Source: Scenedesmus sp. PABB004
Taxonomy: Eukaryota
Direction: 5' to 3'
Assembly (NCBI GenBank): GCA_014905635.1
Contig: JABVCE010000004.1
Span: 806,001-870,000, forward strand
Length of the DNA stretch: 64,000 bases
Below are positions 1-11,452 of the stretch, piece by piece. A program made the translations under genes and the position numbers. The notes under the pieces were generated by a model. That model did not search any database and had not been told where the DNA came from. It saw only the letters and a list, made by a program, of their open reading frames with translations. Each line of letters opens with the position of its first letter. Positions within the stretch are counted from its first letter, which is position 1.

Positions 1-2955
1 CGGCCCCGGCCTGGGCCTGCGGCGGCGCCGGCCCGGCCTCGCGCTGCGCCGCGGGGGCCCTGCCCCTGCCCGCGGCGCGCAGCCGCTCCGCGTTGCGGCG
101 CTCCACCTCGGCGGCGAACGCCTTGGCCGCGGCCGCGCGCGCCTTGGCCGTGTCGAGCCGTTCGTGCGGCTGCTGGCACCGCCGCGCGTGCGCGGCGCGG
201 GCGGCCGCGGCGCCGCGCGCGGCCGCGCACGCGCGCTGCGCGCCGCCGCCCCGGGGCCCGCGCTTGGCGGCCAGCAGGTCGCGCTCCTGCGAGTCCCGCG
301 CCGCCGTGTTGACCGCGGCGGCGCAGTCGGGCGTGATTGGCAGCCGGCCCTCGCCCCAACCGTGGCGCTGCGGGGCGGCGGCAGAGTGGGCGTGGGGCGT
401 GGGGCGTGGGGCGCGGCGCGGCCGCTGCGGCCGCCTGACCTCCACGCTGTGCAAGCATGCTGCTACGGGCTTGTGGCACTCGGCCACGCCGCGGGTGAGT
501 GGCGGGATCGTGAGGTCGCACGGCTCCGCCTGCGCAGGCGCAGCAGCGGCGGCGCGGCGCGGCTCGGCCCGCGCCGCTGCTCGGCCCACCGCAGCGCGTC
601 AGCTTGCCCCCCTCGAGGCCGCCGCGCGCCCACCTGCGCGGCCCGCCGGCCCAGATGCTGCAGGCGGTCCATGGCCGGCGGCGGCGGCGGCGGCGGCGAG
701 ATGGCGGTGCCGCGCAGCACGCCGCGCCGCGCAGCGCTGGGCGTCCTGCGGTGATGCTGGCGCGCGGGCAGCCGACCGGGCTGGACGAGCGGCTTGTGAG
801 GGCCCAGCCGCGAGCGCTGCCGGGGCGTCGGCTGGCCGGTCAAACATGACGCCGCGACGGCGTTGACCGCGCGCCGCTCCGCCACACGCACTTCGCGATC
901 GCGCTCAGCGCCGCGCGCGCGCCATGCCGCGCCGGCCCGCGGCCGTAGCGCCGCAACACTCGCCGTACGGCAGCAGCGTGCGCGGGCAGGTGCGGTGCCG
1001 GCCGACCACGTGCGCCCACGGGAGCAGCTTGCAGCTGTCGGGGTCGCGCAGCTTCAGCGCGGCCTTCAGGTCGTCTGCGGCGGCGGCGCCAGCGGCAGCG
1101 GCACGCGCGCGTCGTCGGCTGCCACGCGCGCGCCCGGCACCCGCGCGCCGCCAGCCCGCCGTCGCGCGCCGCGGCGCCCGCCGCGCACCCTGGCGCCGCT
1201 CGACGCGCAGCCGGCTCACGGCCTCGATGGCGGCCGCGTCGTCCGACTCCAGCGGCATCTCGCGCCCCGCCTCGCGCTGCGCGTGGAGCAGCTGGTAGGC
1301 CTCGCGGTGGCGGGCGTACGTGTAGATGAGGTCACGCACCTGCGGCGGCGGCGCGGGGGCACGGTGGGCGGGCGGGCGCGCGGCGCGCGAGGCGGGCGCG
1401 CGGGGCGCGAGGCGGGGCGCGCGCCGGGCGCGCGGGCGGGCGACGGGCACGCCGCCCGCCGGCGCACCGCGTCGGGCCTGCTCGACGCCGTGTCGGCGAC
1501 GCGCGCGAGGAAGGCGGCGTCGCGCGCCATGGCGAGCGGCTGGCGCTTGACCGCCGCCTTGTCCTCGGCGCTCATCGCGCTGCGGCGCGGCGCGGCGCGG
1601 CGGGGCGGTCAGCCGCGGCGCGGCGCGCGGGGCGGGGTCGGCCGCGGCGCGGCGGGCGGGGGCCGCCGGGGCCGCGCCGCGCGCGCGAGCGCGCCGCGCA
1701 CGCGAGCAGGGTGCAGTGCTCCTCATAGCGCGCGTGCTGCACGCGCTCCGCGTCAAAGCGATGCACGTAGTGCGCGCGCTGCCCCCGCGGCGACGGCGCG
1801 CGCGGCAGCGGCGCCACGGCCGACTCGACCCGTATGCTGCCCTGGTAGTCTGCGGCGCGCCGCGGCGCCGCCGGCGGCGGCGGGTTGCGCGCGGCCGCGC
1901 GGGGCGCTGCGGCGAGGCGCCCGCGCGCGCGGCGGCGCGGCAGCCGCGGCCGCGCTGCGCCGCCGGGCAGCGGCGGCGGCGGCAGCGGCGGCGGCGGCAG
2001 CGGCGGCGGCGGGGCGCCGCACCGTCAAGGGTCATGTCCTTCAGCCGGTGTAGGTCCGCCCAGTCGTCCGCGCCCGCCGCGGGCGCCTCCTTGGCCAGCG
2101 GCGACGCGGCGCCCGCCGCGCTCGGCGCCGCGCTGGCCTGCCGGCGGCGCCGCGGGTCTGCAGGGCGGGGCGGGGCGGGGCAGGTAGAGGGGGTCGGCGC
2201 CCGCGCGGCCGTGGCGCGCCTGCTGGCGAGCCGCTGCTGCCGCGAAAACGGCCGGGGCGGGCGGCGCTGTCTCACAGTCCATGAGCTTGTCGAGCCACGC
2301 CGGCGCCCAGCTCGACTCCTGCTTCTGCGGCGCCGTGTCCGCTGCGGCCTGCACCGGCAGCGCGGCGCCCGGGCTGCGCGCGGCGTCGGGCAGCGCCGCC
2401 GACAGCGGCGAGGCCGACGGCGGCGCGCCCCTGTCGCCGGGTGCGGCGGGCGCGCCGGCGCCGGTGCCGCTCGCGGCCGTCGCCGCCGCGCCGGCCTCCG
2501 CCGCCGCTGCGGCCGACCCGGCGTCTGCCGCGTCGCTGCGGATGCGGTCTGCGGGCGCGGCGCGAGGGCATGAGCCGACTGCGCGGCCGGCCGCCCACCG
2601 CCCGCCGCCCACCGCCCCCCGCCCGCCGCCCGCCGACGCACCGATGACCTTCTGCACCACGCTCCTCTGCCGGTGCCGCTGGCGCACGCGGCGGTCGCGC
2701 ACCTGCGACTGGCGCCAGTCTGCGGCGCGGCAGCAGCGGCAGCAGCGGACGGCGTCGGCGCGTGCGCGGCGGCGCCGCCGCGGGGGCGCGCCGCGGCCAC
2801 GCTCGAGCCTGGTCGTGGCAGCGTCCCGCACCGCTGGCGCTCCGCGCCGCCTGTGCCTGGGCGCCCAGCACGGCGTCCAGCTGCGCGCAGGGCTGCTGCC
2901 GCGCCAGCCCGGCGCCCAGGCCGCGCGCCAGCAGCGGCTGGACGCGCCCAAGCAT
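1..2955 (-). CDS. Multi-exon hypothetical protein, probable organellar presequence; 3' end runs off the window
   Basis: ATG at 2955 gives MLGRVQPLLARGLGAGLARQQ. Coding-like exons (WAPAWLDKLMDCE, QRAHYVHRFDAERVQHARYEEH, VRDLIYTYARHREAYQLL, DDLKAALKLRDPDSCKLLPW) are separated by GT..AG introns. No family recognised. Confidence 0.55.
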
Positions 2956-3241
2956 CGCGCGCAGGCGCCGGGCGGCCCGCAATTCGCGCGCGGCCGCTGT
3001 CAGCGGTGGGGAGGAGCCGATCGCGAAGCGCTCGCCTCGCGCTGCGAAGACCGGCGGCGCGGGCTGTCCAGGTGGCGCGGCGGACTGGGGACAGCCTCCT
3101 CAGGGCAGCGAGCTGGCGGCCGCGAGGGGCCAGCGGCCGCAAGACCGCGGCGCGCTGCGCCGCCGCCCGCCCGAGCGCCGGGGTCCGCCCCGGCGCCGCG
3201 GCGGCCGCCACTCCGCTTCCCCCCTTCTTCCGTCAGGCACC

Positions 3242-4687
3242 ATGCTGCGCCACGTCCTGCTGGCGCGTGGCCTGGCGGTGCCGCAGCTGCTGCTGGCAGC
3301 AGCGGCGCCCGGCGCGCTGCGCGTCCACAGCGGCGGCGGCAGCGGCAGCAGGAGCAGCAGCAGCGGCGGCGGCAGCGGCAGCGGCAAGAAGCGGCGAGCG
3401 AAGCGGCTGGTGCTGCCGGCGCGCAAGGCAGCCGCGCCGCCGCTGGGGCGCGTGCCGCCGAGCAGCGCGGCCGCGGCAGCGGCGGCGGCCAGCGTGCTCC
3501 GCGGCGCCGCGCCGCCGGCGCAGCCGCAGCAGCAGCCGCCGCCGGCGCAGCCGCCGCAGCCGGCACAGCAGCCGCAGCAGCCGCAGCCGCAGCCGCCGCA
3601 GGCGCAGCAGCACCCGCAGCCGCAGGCGCCGCCGCGCGTGGCCGCGTGGGAGGTCGTGGCGGGCCTGCGCCAGTCGGCGCCGCACGCGCTCCGCTCGATG
3701 GGCGCCGCCCTGGACGCGGCGTCGTGGCTGGCGTACTGCCGCGACGCGCGGCTGGGCGTGCCGAGCGTCTTTTCTGCGCTCGGCGTGCACCGCGCGCAGG
3801 GCCGGCGCGGCCGCGCTGCGCTGCTGCGGCGAGAGGCGCTGCTGAGCGCGGCGCTGGAGCAGCTGGGCGGCGCCGGCGGCGCCGCGCGCGTGCCAGACGC
3901 GGCGCTGCGGGGCATCACGCATCAGCAGCTCGGCGCGGCGGCGGCGGCGGCGGCCGCGCGCTGCTGGGCAGCGCGCGGCGCGGACGGCGGCGACGTGGCG
4001 GACGCGCTGCTCGACTATTTCGTTTTCAAACAGTTAGGCGGGAGTCCGCGCGGGCAGCGGGGCCACGAGCGCAGCGCCGCGCGTGGCGCCGCCGCCGCTC
4101 ACACCGCCGCCGCGCGCGCGCGCGCGCTGGCTCGCAGGGCCACGGAGCTCATGCAGCTGCAGCGGCGGCACCGCGAGCTCGTCGCAGCGCGGGCGCGGGG
4201 CGGCGCGCCGCCCGGCGGCGAGGGCGGCGGTGAGGTTGAGGAGGTCGAGGATGAGGGTGATGATGATGATGTTGAGGTGCTGGATGCCTTCTTTGACGCC
4301 TCGCTGGGCGACTATATTCGCTACCTGCGGGCCGCCGCGGCCGGCGCGCCGTCGGTCTTCACCGTCGCCCACCCCGGCGCGGGGCCCCCGCGCGGCGGGC
4401 GGCGGCCCGGCGGCGCGGAGCTGGCGGCGCTGGAGGGCGCGCGCGGGGCGCTGGGGGCGACGGCGGAGGTGCTCGCGCTGCTGCCGCGCGCGCTGCGCGC
4501 GCGGCCGGCGCTGCTGCTCGGCGCGGCGCAGCTGCAGCGCCTCGCGACGCTGGCGGGCGTGCCGGTCCGGGACGTGCGCGAGGCGCTGTCCGGCTTTTAC
4601 GCGGTCAAGCGCCTCGGCTTCTCGCGCGCGGTGTCCGAGCTCGCGGCGGCGGCGGGGGACACTGGCGTGTTGCGCCGCCTGCTGTGA
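3242..4687 (+). CDS. Single-exon protein with mitochondrial-type presequence and two SRP54/Ffh M-domain-like repeats
   Basis: Starts MLRHVLLARGLAVPQLLL. Internal repeats LDAASWLAYCRDARLGVPSVF...DVADALLDYFVFKQL and [23 protein letters not shown]...EVLALLPRALRARPALL..AQLQRLATLAGVPVRDVREALSGFYAVKRL resemble the M-domain pattern. The domain call is inference. Confidence 0.65.
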   Translation: MLRHVLLARGLAVPQLLLAAAAPGALRVHSGGGSGSRSSSSGGGSGSGKKRRAKRLVLPARKAAAPPLGRVPPSSAAAAAAAASVLRGAAPPAQPQQQPPPAQPPQPAQQPQQPQPQPPQAQQHPQPQAPPRVAAWEVVAGLRQSAPHALRSMGAALDAASWLAYCRDARLGVPSVFSALGVHRAQGRRGRAALLRREALLSAALEQLGGAGGAARVPDAALRGITHQQLGAAAAAAAARCWAARGADGGDVADALLDYFVFKQLGGSPRGQRGHERSAARGAAAAHTAAARARALARRATELMQLQRRHRELVAARARGGAPPGGEGGGEVEEVEDEGDDDDVEVLDAFFDASLGDYIRYLRAAAAGAPSVFTVAHPGAGPPRGGRRPGGAELAALEGARGALGATAEVLALLPRALRARPALLLGAAQLQRLATLAGVPVRDVREALSGFYAVKRLGFSRAVSELAAAAGDTGVLRRLL

Positions 4688-4908
4688 CCGCCGTGCCGCC
4701 TGCTGTGACCGCCGCCGCGCCCGACGACGAGCCTCCGCACGCCAGCGCCAGGCACGCAGCCGCCCGCCCGCAGGCGCCCGCCGCCGCGCTCCCTCGCCCC
4801 CGTCCGTCGCGCTCCGCCGCCGCCGCCGCGGCCGCAGCGCGCCGGGGTCGGCCGGCCGCCGCGCGCGCGCCCCGGCGGGGTCGGGCGCTGGCGCCAGCAG
4901 CGCAGCGC

Positions 4909-5509
4909 TTAGTACTGCGGCACGCTCGGGTCTATTCCCGAATACGCCGCGATGCCGCCGGTCACGTTTTTGACGTTGCTAAACCCCCGCGACACCAGGA
5001 ACTGCGCGGCGCTCATCGAGCGCATGCCGTGGTGGCACAGCACGACCGTCTCGCGCGCCGGGTCGAGCGTCTCGTCGATCGTCGGCGCCCACTCGCCGGC
5101 CTCGCTCAGCGGGAGCAGCTTGAAGCGCGGCAGGCGCGCCGTCGCCCACTCGCCCTGCTCGCGGACGTCGATGAACTGGCACTCGTCGCACTGCGCGGGG
5201 GGCGGGGTGTGGGTGTGGTGTGGGGGGTTGTGTGTGGGGTGGTGGGCGGCGGGTCGGGTGGCGCGCTGCGCGCAGCGAGCGCTGGCGCGGCCCGCGCCCC
5301 CCACCCACCAGCAGCGGGTTGGCGAGCAGCTCCGCGAGCTCGTTGACGCTCATGTGCTGCACCTCCGCGCCCGCGGGCTGCCCGCCGCCGGCGCCGCCCG
5401 CCGCGCTAGCCAGCCCGCGCCGCGCGTGCGGCGGCCGCGCCGCGGGCGCCGCGAGCCGCAGCGCCGCGCCGGCGGGCCGCGCCGCCAGGCGCGCCGCCGC
5501 GGGCAGCAT
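4909..5509 (-). CDS. Single-domain rhodanese/sulfurtransferase with organellar presequence (2 exons)
   Basis: MSVNELAELLANP|CDECQFIDVREQGEW...VVLCHHGMRSMSAAQFL..GFSNVKNVTGGIAAYS..IDPSVPQY contains the rhodanese motifs, including the active-site Cys loop CHHGMRS. Confidence 0.9.
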
Positions 5510-5918
5510 GCGTGAGGGGGAGCTGCCTGGCCGGGGCCTGCCGGGCCGCGCGCGCGCTCTGCGCCGTCTGCGGCGCGCGCGGCGCTGGCTCGCTGCTGCG
5601 CTGCTGCTGCTGCTGCGCGCGTGCGCGCTCGGCTGCAGGCGGGCGTGGTCGGGCTGGGACGCTCGTGAGACTGTGGTGACGCCTGCTGCCGGGCGCGCCT
5701 TCAGCAGGGCGCGCGTCACTGCCAAAAGCCTCCCGGCCGAGTGCTGCAACCCCCCGCCGCGCCGCGCGCGCCCCACCTTTCTGCCGCTCCCGGCAGCCTA
5801 GCCCGCCCCCGCCCCCGCCTCGCGCGCGTCCCTGCTGCCTCGCCTCGCGCCCCGCTAAACGCCCACCACCAGCCCTTGCCCGGGAGCAGCGCGCCTGAGC
5901 GGGCCGGGCGGGGGCGCG

Positions 5919-7878
5919 ATGCAGGCCGCGCTGGACTTGGCGGACGGGCTGCGCGGGTGCGGCGGCGCGCGGCGGCGCGCGGCGCGCCAACCGCTGCGCG
6001 GCGCGGCGCTGCTGCCGCCGCCGCTGCCGCACGCGCGCCACGCGCCTCACCCCCCGCTGTGCCGCCGCCGGCCACGCCGCCGGCGCAGGTCGCTGCCGTT
6101 TGCGGCGCGCGCGCAGCTCTACGTCGCGGCGGTCGTGGGCGGCGGGCTCGCGATCCACCTGTGCCTCCGTCGCGCCGCGCCGGGCGGCCGCGCGCTCGCA
6201 CTCGCGGCACCGCTCGTCGCGCTCAACGCGTGGCTGCCGCTGCTCTTCGCCCAGCACGAGGAGGTGCTGAGCCGCTGCGTTGCGCTGCTGCTGTCGATGT
6301 GGCTCGGCAGCTTCAAGGCCGTCGGGCTCGCGCTCGGGCGGGGGCCGCTCGTCGGCGACTGGAACGCGGCGCAGACGGTGCTGCTCTATGCCATGCCCAT
6401 ATACCCCAGCGCAGGTGCGGCGCCGCTGGGGAGGGGAGGGGAGCGGACTGGGCTCGGCGTGCTGCGGCGCGCGTCGCCGGCAGCGGCCAGCGGCCAGCCC
6501 GCCAGCGCGCAGCACACAGCCCGCCCCCGCCGCCGCGCAGAGGACGCGGGCGTGCGCAAGGGCCGCCTCGGCGACGCGCACGGCACGGCGGGGCAGGCGC
6601 TGCGGTCGTTCGCCGTCAACACCGGTGCGGCGGCACATTGCGTGGCGGCGGTGGCGCCGGCGGCACGCGTCGCCGCGCCGCCCGCTCACGCGCGCCTCCC
6701 CGCGCTCCGCCCGCGCGCAGTGATGCTGGTGACGATGGCCACCACGCTCGCGACGTTCGACTTGCCGCTGCTGCTCAAGTATTACATCTACGGTGACCGC
6801 GCGCCGCCCCGCAGCAGGGCCCTCGACCGCCGCGGCAGGGCGCGCCGCGCCCGCCCGCGCGTGCCAGCGCTGACTCCGCGCCCACCGCGCCCGCCGCCGC
6901 GGTTTTGTAATGTTGGGGTTCAGGCCTGGGGCTGTACGGCTTCATCACCTTCTTGATGGACGGCTGCGCCGCGCCGCTCATCGGGCTGGCAGACATGCAG
7001 GCGCGCGCACGCGGGAGACAGGGACGGGGAGAGGGAGAGGGACCGAGGCGCTCGCGTGCGCGGCTGAGGCCGGCGCCGGCGCCCACGCCGCCGCCGCCGC
7101 CGCCACCGCGCTGCCGCCGCAGGTGGTGCCGCCGTTTGACAAGCCCTGGATGTCGGTCTCGCTCGCCGACTTCTGGACGCGGTGCGCGCCGCCGCCGCGG
7201 GTGGCGCGCCGCGCCGCGCAGCTCGGCGCCGCCGCCGCCGTCGGCGCTCCCGCGCGGCAGCAGCCGACGCGGCGGCCGCCGCCGCCGCGTCGCCGGCGCA
7301 GGCGGTGGAACAACACCGTGAGCCTCACGCTGCGCGCGCTGGTGTACGACCCGCTGGTCGAGGGGCGGCTCATGGCCGCGCCGCCGCCGGCCGGCGCGGC
7401 GCCGCAGCAGCAGCACCACCACCACCACCGCGGCGGCGGCCGCGTGCCGCTGCCGCGCCGCGTCGCGGGCCTGGCCGCGACGTTTGCGGTGAGCGGGGTC
7501 ATGCATGAGCTGGTGCTCGCCTACCTGACCCTCCCGGGGGACTACCACCCCTGGCACTGGCTCGCGTTCTTCCTGGTCCAGGCCCCCGCGCTCGCGGCGG
7601 AGGGCGCCGCGCTCGCAGCGCTGCGCGCGCGCGGCGGCGCGGTGCCGCGCCCGCTGGGCATCGCCTACACGACCGCGTTTGTGCTCGCGACGTCCGCGGC
7701 GTTCTGGTTCCCGCCGATCTGCGACCGGAGCGGCCTCGCGGAGCACATCGTCGCGAGCGTGACGGGCAACGTGGCGGGCCTCGCCGCCGCCGCGCGGCGC
7801 CTCGCCGCGGCGGCGGGGCTCGCGCCGGGCGCGAGCGCGATCGCGCCGCTGCTCGCGGCGGCCAGCGCGACGGCTTAG
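5919..7878 (+). CDS. MBOAT-family long-chain-alcohol O-fatty-acyltransferase / wax synthase-like (multi-exon)
   Basis: PPFDKPWMSVSLADFWT|RRWNNTVSLTLRALVYDP and ATFAVSGVMHELV (catalytic His), plus multiple TM segments. Confidence 0.9.
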
Positions 7879-8517
7879 GCCTGTGGCTGGCGGCGCTGCG
7901 GGCGCGGCGGCGGCGTGACGTGTAGGCTAGGCGGGGCGGCGGCGCCCTGCAGGGGCGCGGCGCCCTGCAGGGGGCGCCGCGCGCTGACGTGACCGTGTGT
8001 TGACGTCGAGACGTGTGGGGGCCGCCCGGGGCTTCTTTTTTGACCTCACCGCCACATTCTCATAACGGCGCGGGCGCCGCACGTGTACAGTGAGCGAGGC
8101 TGCGTGGCGCTGGGGGCCGGCTGGCGCGGAGCGCGGAGCGGGCGCGTGCCTGGCCGCGCGCGGTGTGACTGCGCCGCCCACCGCGCGCCCTCGACCGTCA
8201 AACAGCCGTCGTCAGACCACGCGCCGTCGTCACGGAGCGGCCCGATGCGGGCGCTGGGCCAGAGAATCGGTTTCAACTCGCACCGCGCGCGAGTGAGGGC
8301 CGCCGCCGCCGGCAGCGGCGCACGCTTGCGCGCGGCAATTGCCGCCGGCGCACTGGGCGCGCGCAGCGCATGCGCGGCGTCCGCGCCGGCGCGCGGCGGC
8401 TGCACTGGCGCGCTGCTGCGTCGGCGCGGCGCGCGCGGGCGGCGCGGGCGCCCGGGCGCAGCGTTCCAGCTGCGCCTGCGCCCGCCGCGCTGCCGCCTCC
8501 CGCGTCGCCCTCCCCGC

Positions 8518-10313
8518 TCAGGACAGCTTGGCAAACTGTGGGCGGGTCGGGTGGGGTCAGGTTCGGCCGGGTCAGCCAGCGCGCTGCGCCCGACCAGGGC
8601 CGCCGCCGCCAGGCGGCGCACGCCGCCGCGGCTGCGCGCGCCGCGCGCTGCCCCCCCCGCCCCCATCGGGCCACACTCACGTACTCCAGGCTGCCCTTGG
8701 GGTCGGCCTTCATAGTCGCCGACCCGGGCGTCCAGTTGGCGGGGCACACCTCGCCGTGCTCGTCCGTGAACTGCGACGCGCGCCGGCGCGGCCGAGGGGG
8801 CCGGGCCGTCGGCGCGGCGCTTTGCCCCCCGGCCGCGCCGCCGCGCCGCTCTTCACCCCCACCCTGCTGCCGCGGCCGCCGCCGCACGCCCCGCCGCACG
8901 CCCCGCCCCGCGCCCCGCGCCCCGCGCCCCGCGCCCCGCGCGCCTGGAAGGCCTTGACCAGGCGCAGCGTCTCGTCGACGCTGCGGCCGACGGGGAGGTC
9001 GTTGACCGTCTTCTGGCGCAGCGTGCCGTCCGGGGCGACAATGAACAGACCGCTGCGCGCGCGACGGGGCGGGGACGGGGGTCAGCCGGCCGGGGCCGCC
9101 GCGCGCGTTGCGCCCCGCCCCCGTCCCTCCCTCCCACCGCAGGCGCCGCGCCGCGCCGCGCCGCGCGTCGCAGGGCGAGCCAGGCAGCAGGGCGGGCGCC
9201 ACGCGGCGGCGCCCGCCGGGGCGCGCGCCGCGCGCGCGTGTCGAGCCTCGAGCCGCGCGCACCGCAGCGCCACGCCCGCGTCTGCGCCGTCCTCGATGAG
9301 AACCTCGTACGCCCGCGCGATGTCCTTGGTCAGGTCGGCGACCAGCGGGTAGCTGCACCCGCCCAGGCCGCCCTTGGCGCGCGGCGTGTTGACCCACGCC
9401 TGCGCGCGGGGGAGGAGGGGAGAGGGAGCGCGGTTTGGTGGGCGGCGGCGGCGGCGCGGCGGGGTGCGTGTGGCGGCGGCGCCCCGGCGCGGCCGCGCGG
9501 CGCGCACCAGGTGCGTGAAGTGGCTGTCCACGCTGCAGCCCACGACCTGCGGGGGGCGCGCGGCGCGGCGCGCGCGCGCGGGCGGGGCGCGTGGGCGGCG
9601 GCCGGCCGCCGGTGCGTGCTGCGCTGGCCGCCGCTCGGCTCAAGGCGGGCTCACGTTGCAGCCGATGGCCTCAAACTCCTTAATGCGGTCGCTGAAGGCC
9701 ACGATCTCGGTGGGGCTGGGGTGGGCGGCCGGCAGCGACGCGCGGCAGCGGCAGCGGCGGCAGCACGGCGCGGCGCGGCGGCGCGTCAGGGGGCGGCGTG
9801 GCCGCGGCGCGGCGGCGCGGGACCGCCGGCGCCGACGGCGCGCGCGCGCCCGGGTCGGCCCCACCGCCGGGCGCCGGCTGGCGGGCGCCCCGCGCTCGAT
9901 CAATCACCCCGCGCCCGCGCCGCGGGGACCCACCAGACGAAGGTGAAATCCAGCGGGTAGAAGAAGAACACCAGGTACTTGCCTGCGCGCCGTGTGGGGG
10001 CGGGCGTGGGACTCGGGCGCGTGCGGTGGGCAGCGCCGCGAGCTGCTGCGCGGCGCCCCCGCGCGGCTGGCGGGCGCGGCGCGTCGACGCACCCTTGAAG
10101 TCGGCGAGGCTGATCTCCTTGACCTGAGGGCGCGGCGCGCGGGCAATCAGGCGCGCCACGGCGCCGGCGCGGCGCTGCTCCCAGCAGCGCGCCGCCAGAC
10201 CGGCGCCGCGCCGCCGCGCCCCCTCTGGCGGCGCGCACGCGCGCACGCACCTCGCCGTCCACCACAGCCTGCGCCTTCCACGCCGGCGCGGGCTTGCCGA
10301 TGATCGCGGGCAT
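8518..10313 (-). CDS. Typical 2-Cys peroxiredoxin (Prx1/AhpC subfamily), cytosolic type, multi-exon
   Basis: Spliced [87 protein letters not shown]. Both catalytic Cys and the GGLG/YF motifs are present. Confidence 0.97.
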
Positions 10314-10647
10314 GGCTGCTGCGGCGCGTGCGCGCTGTGTGCGTGTGGTGGGGGCGGCGCGGCGGCTGCGGGCGCGTGCGTCGAGGGAGTGCAGACGGAC
10401 GGCGCAGCTGGACTGTGGGGCTGCGGCGGGCCACCGCCGGCTTGTGACCCACCTCTCGTCACCTCGTCAGAACGTGCCGGCATGCGGAGGGGTTCCCTCA
10501 CCCTCTTTCACGCGGCGGCAAGCAGCGGCGGCAGCACCCGCGGCAGCGACCGCAGCAGCAGCAGCAGCAGTCGGCGGCAGCGCCCGCGGCAGCGGCAGCA
10601 GCGGCTCACGCGGCGGCGGCAGCAGCGCCGCCCGGCGCGGCGCGGCG

Positions 10648-11299
10648 ATGCCGGAGCTCACGCACGCGCCGCTGCCGCTGGGCGCGGACGCGGCGGCCAA
10701 GGCGGCGCACTACGCCGAGGTGTGCGACGACATCCGCGCCACGCTCGCAGGTGCGCGCTGCGCCCGCCAGCGCCGCGCCGCCGCCGCACGCGGTGCAGGT
10801 GCAGCAGCGAGCAGCGCGCCGCGCCTCGGGCGCTGCCGCTGCAGGCGAGCCCAACTTTGTGGCCGCGATGGCGACGGTCGCGAGCGTGCTGCACCACGCG
10901 TTTGACTGTTTTTCATGGACGGGGTTCTACGTGGCCGAGCCGGGCGGCGCGGACGAGCTGGTGGTGGGGCCGTACCAGGGCAGTCTCGGCTGCTTGCGCA
11001 TTCCCTTCGCTCGCGGCGTCTGCGGCGCCGCGGCGCGCACGCGCGCGACGCAAGTCGTGCCGGACGTCGCCGCGTTCCCCGGGCACATCGCGTGCGCGAG
11101 CAGCACGCGCTCCGAGCTCGTCGTACCCCTGCTCTGCCCGGCGAGCGGGCGCGTGCTGGCGGTGCTCGACGTCGACTCGGACGCGCCCGCGGCGTTTGAC
11201 GCGGTGGACGCGCAGGCGCTGGAGGGCCTGGCGGCGTGGCTGGCGAGCAAGTACGGAGAGCAGCAGCCGGGCGCGCGCGGCGACGGCGGCGCGGGCTGA
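10648..11299 (+). CDS. msrC: Free methionine-(R)-sulfoxide reductase (GAF domain, fRMsr), 2 exons
   Basis: WTGFY..LVVGPYQGSLGCLRIPFARGVCGAAA..QVVPDVAAFPGHIACASSTRSELVVP..VLDVDS..FDAVD is the fRMsr signature. Confidence 0.92.
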
Positions 11300-11342
11300 G
11301 CGCGCGCGGCCGGCGTGCAAGCTCGACGCGTTGCCTGGCGCC

Positions 11343-11346
<4 letters not shown>

Positions 11347-11419
<73 letters not shown>
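11347..11419. repeat. (CT)n microsatellite
   Basis: Uninterrupted CT run of about 70 bp between convergent 3' ends. Confidence 0.98.
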
Positions 11420-11422
<3 letters not shown>

Positions 11423-11452
11423 CTCACTTTCTCTCGCTCTATCGCCTCTCCC

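Noticed and set aside
4674..4713. 21 bp tandem duplication spanning a stop codon, and similar short duplications at ~7942-7978, ~15462-15530 and ~25219-25272
   Set aside because: These are ordinary local slippage events with no evident functional consequence.
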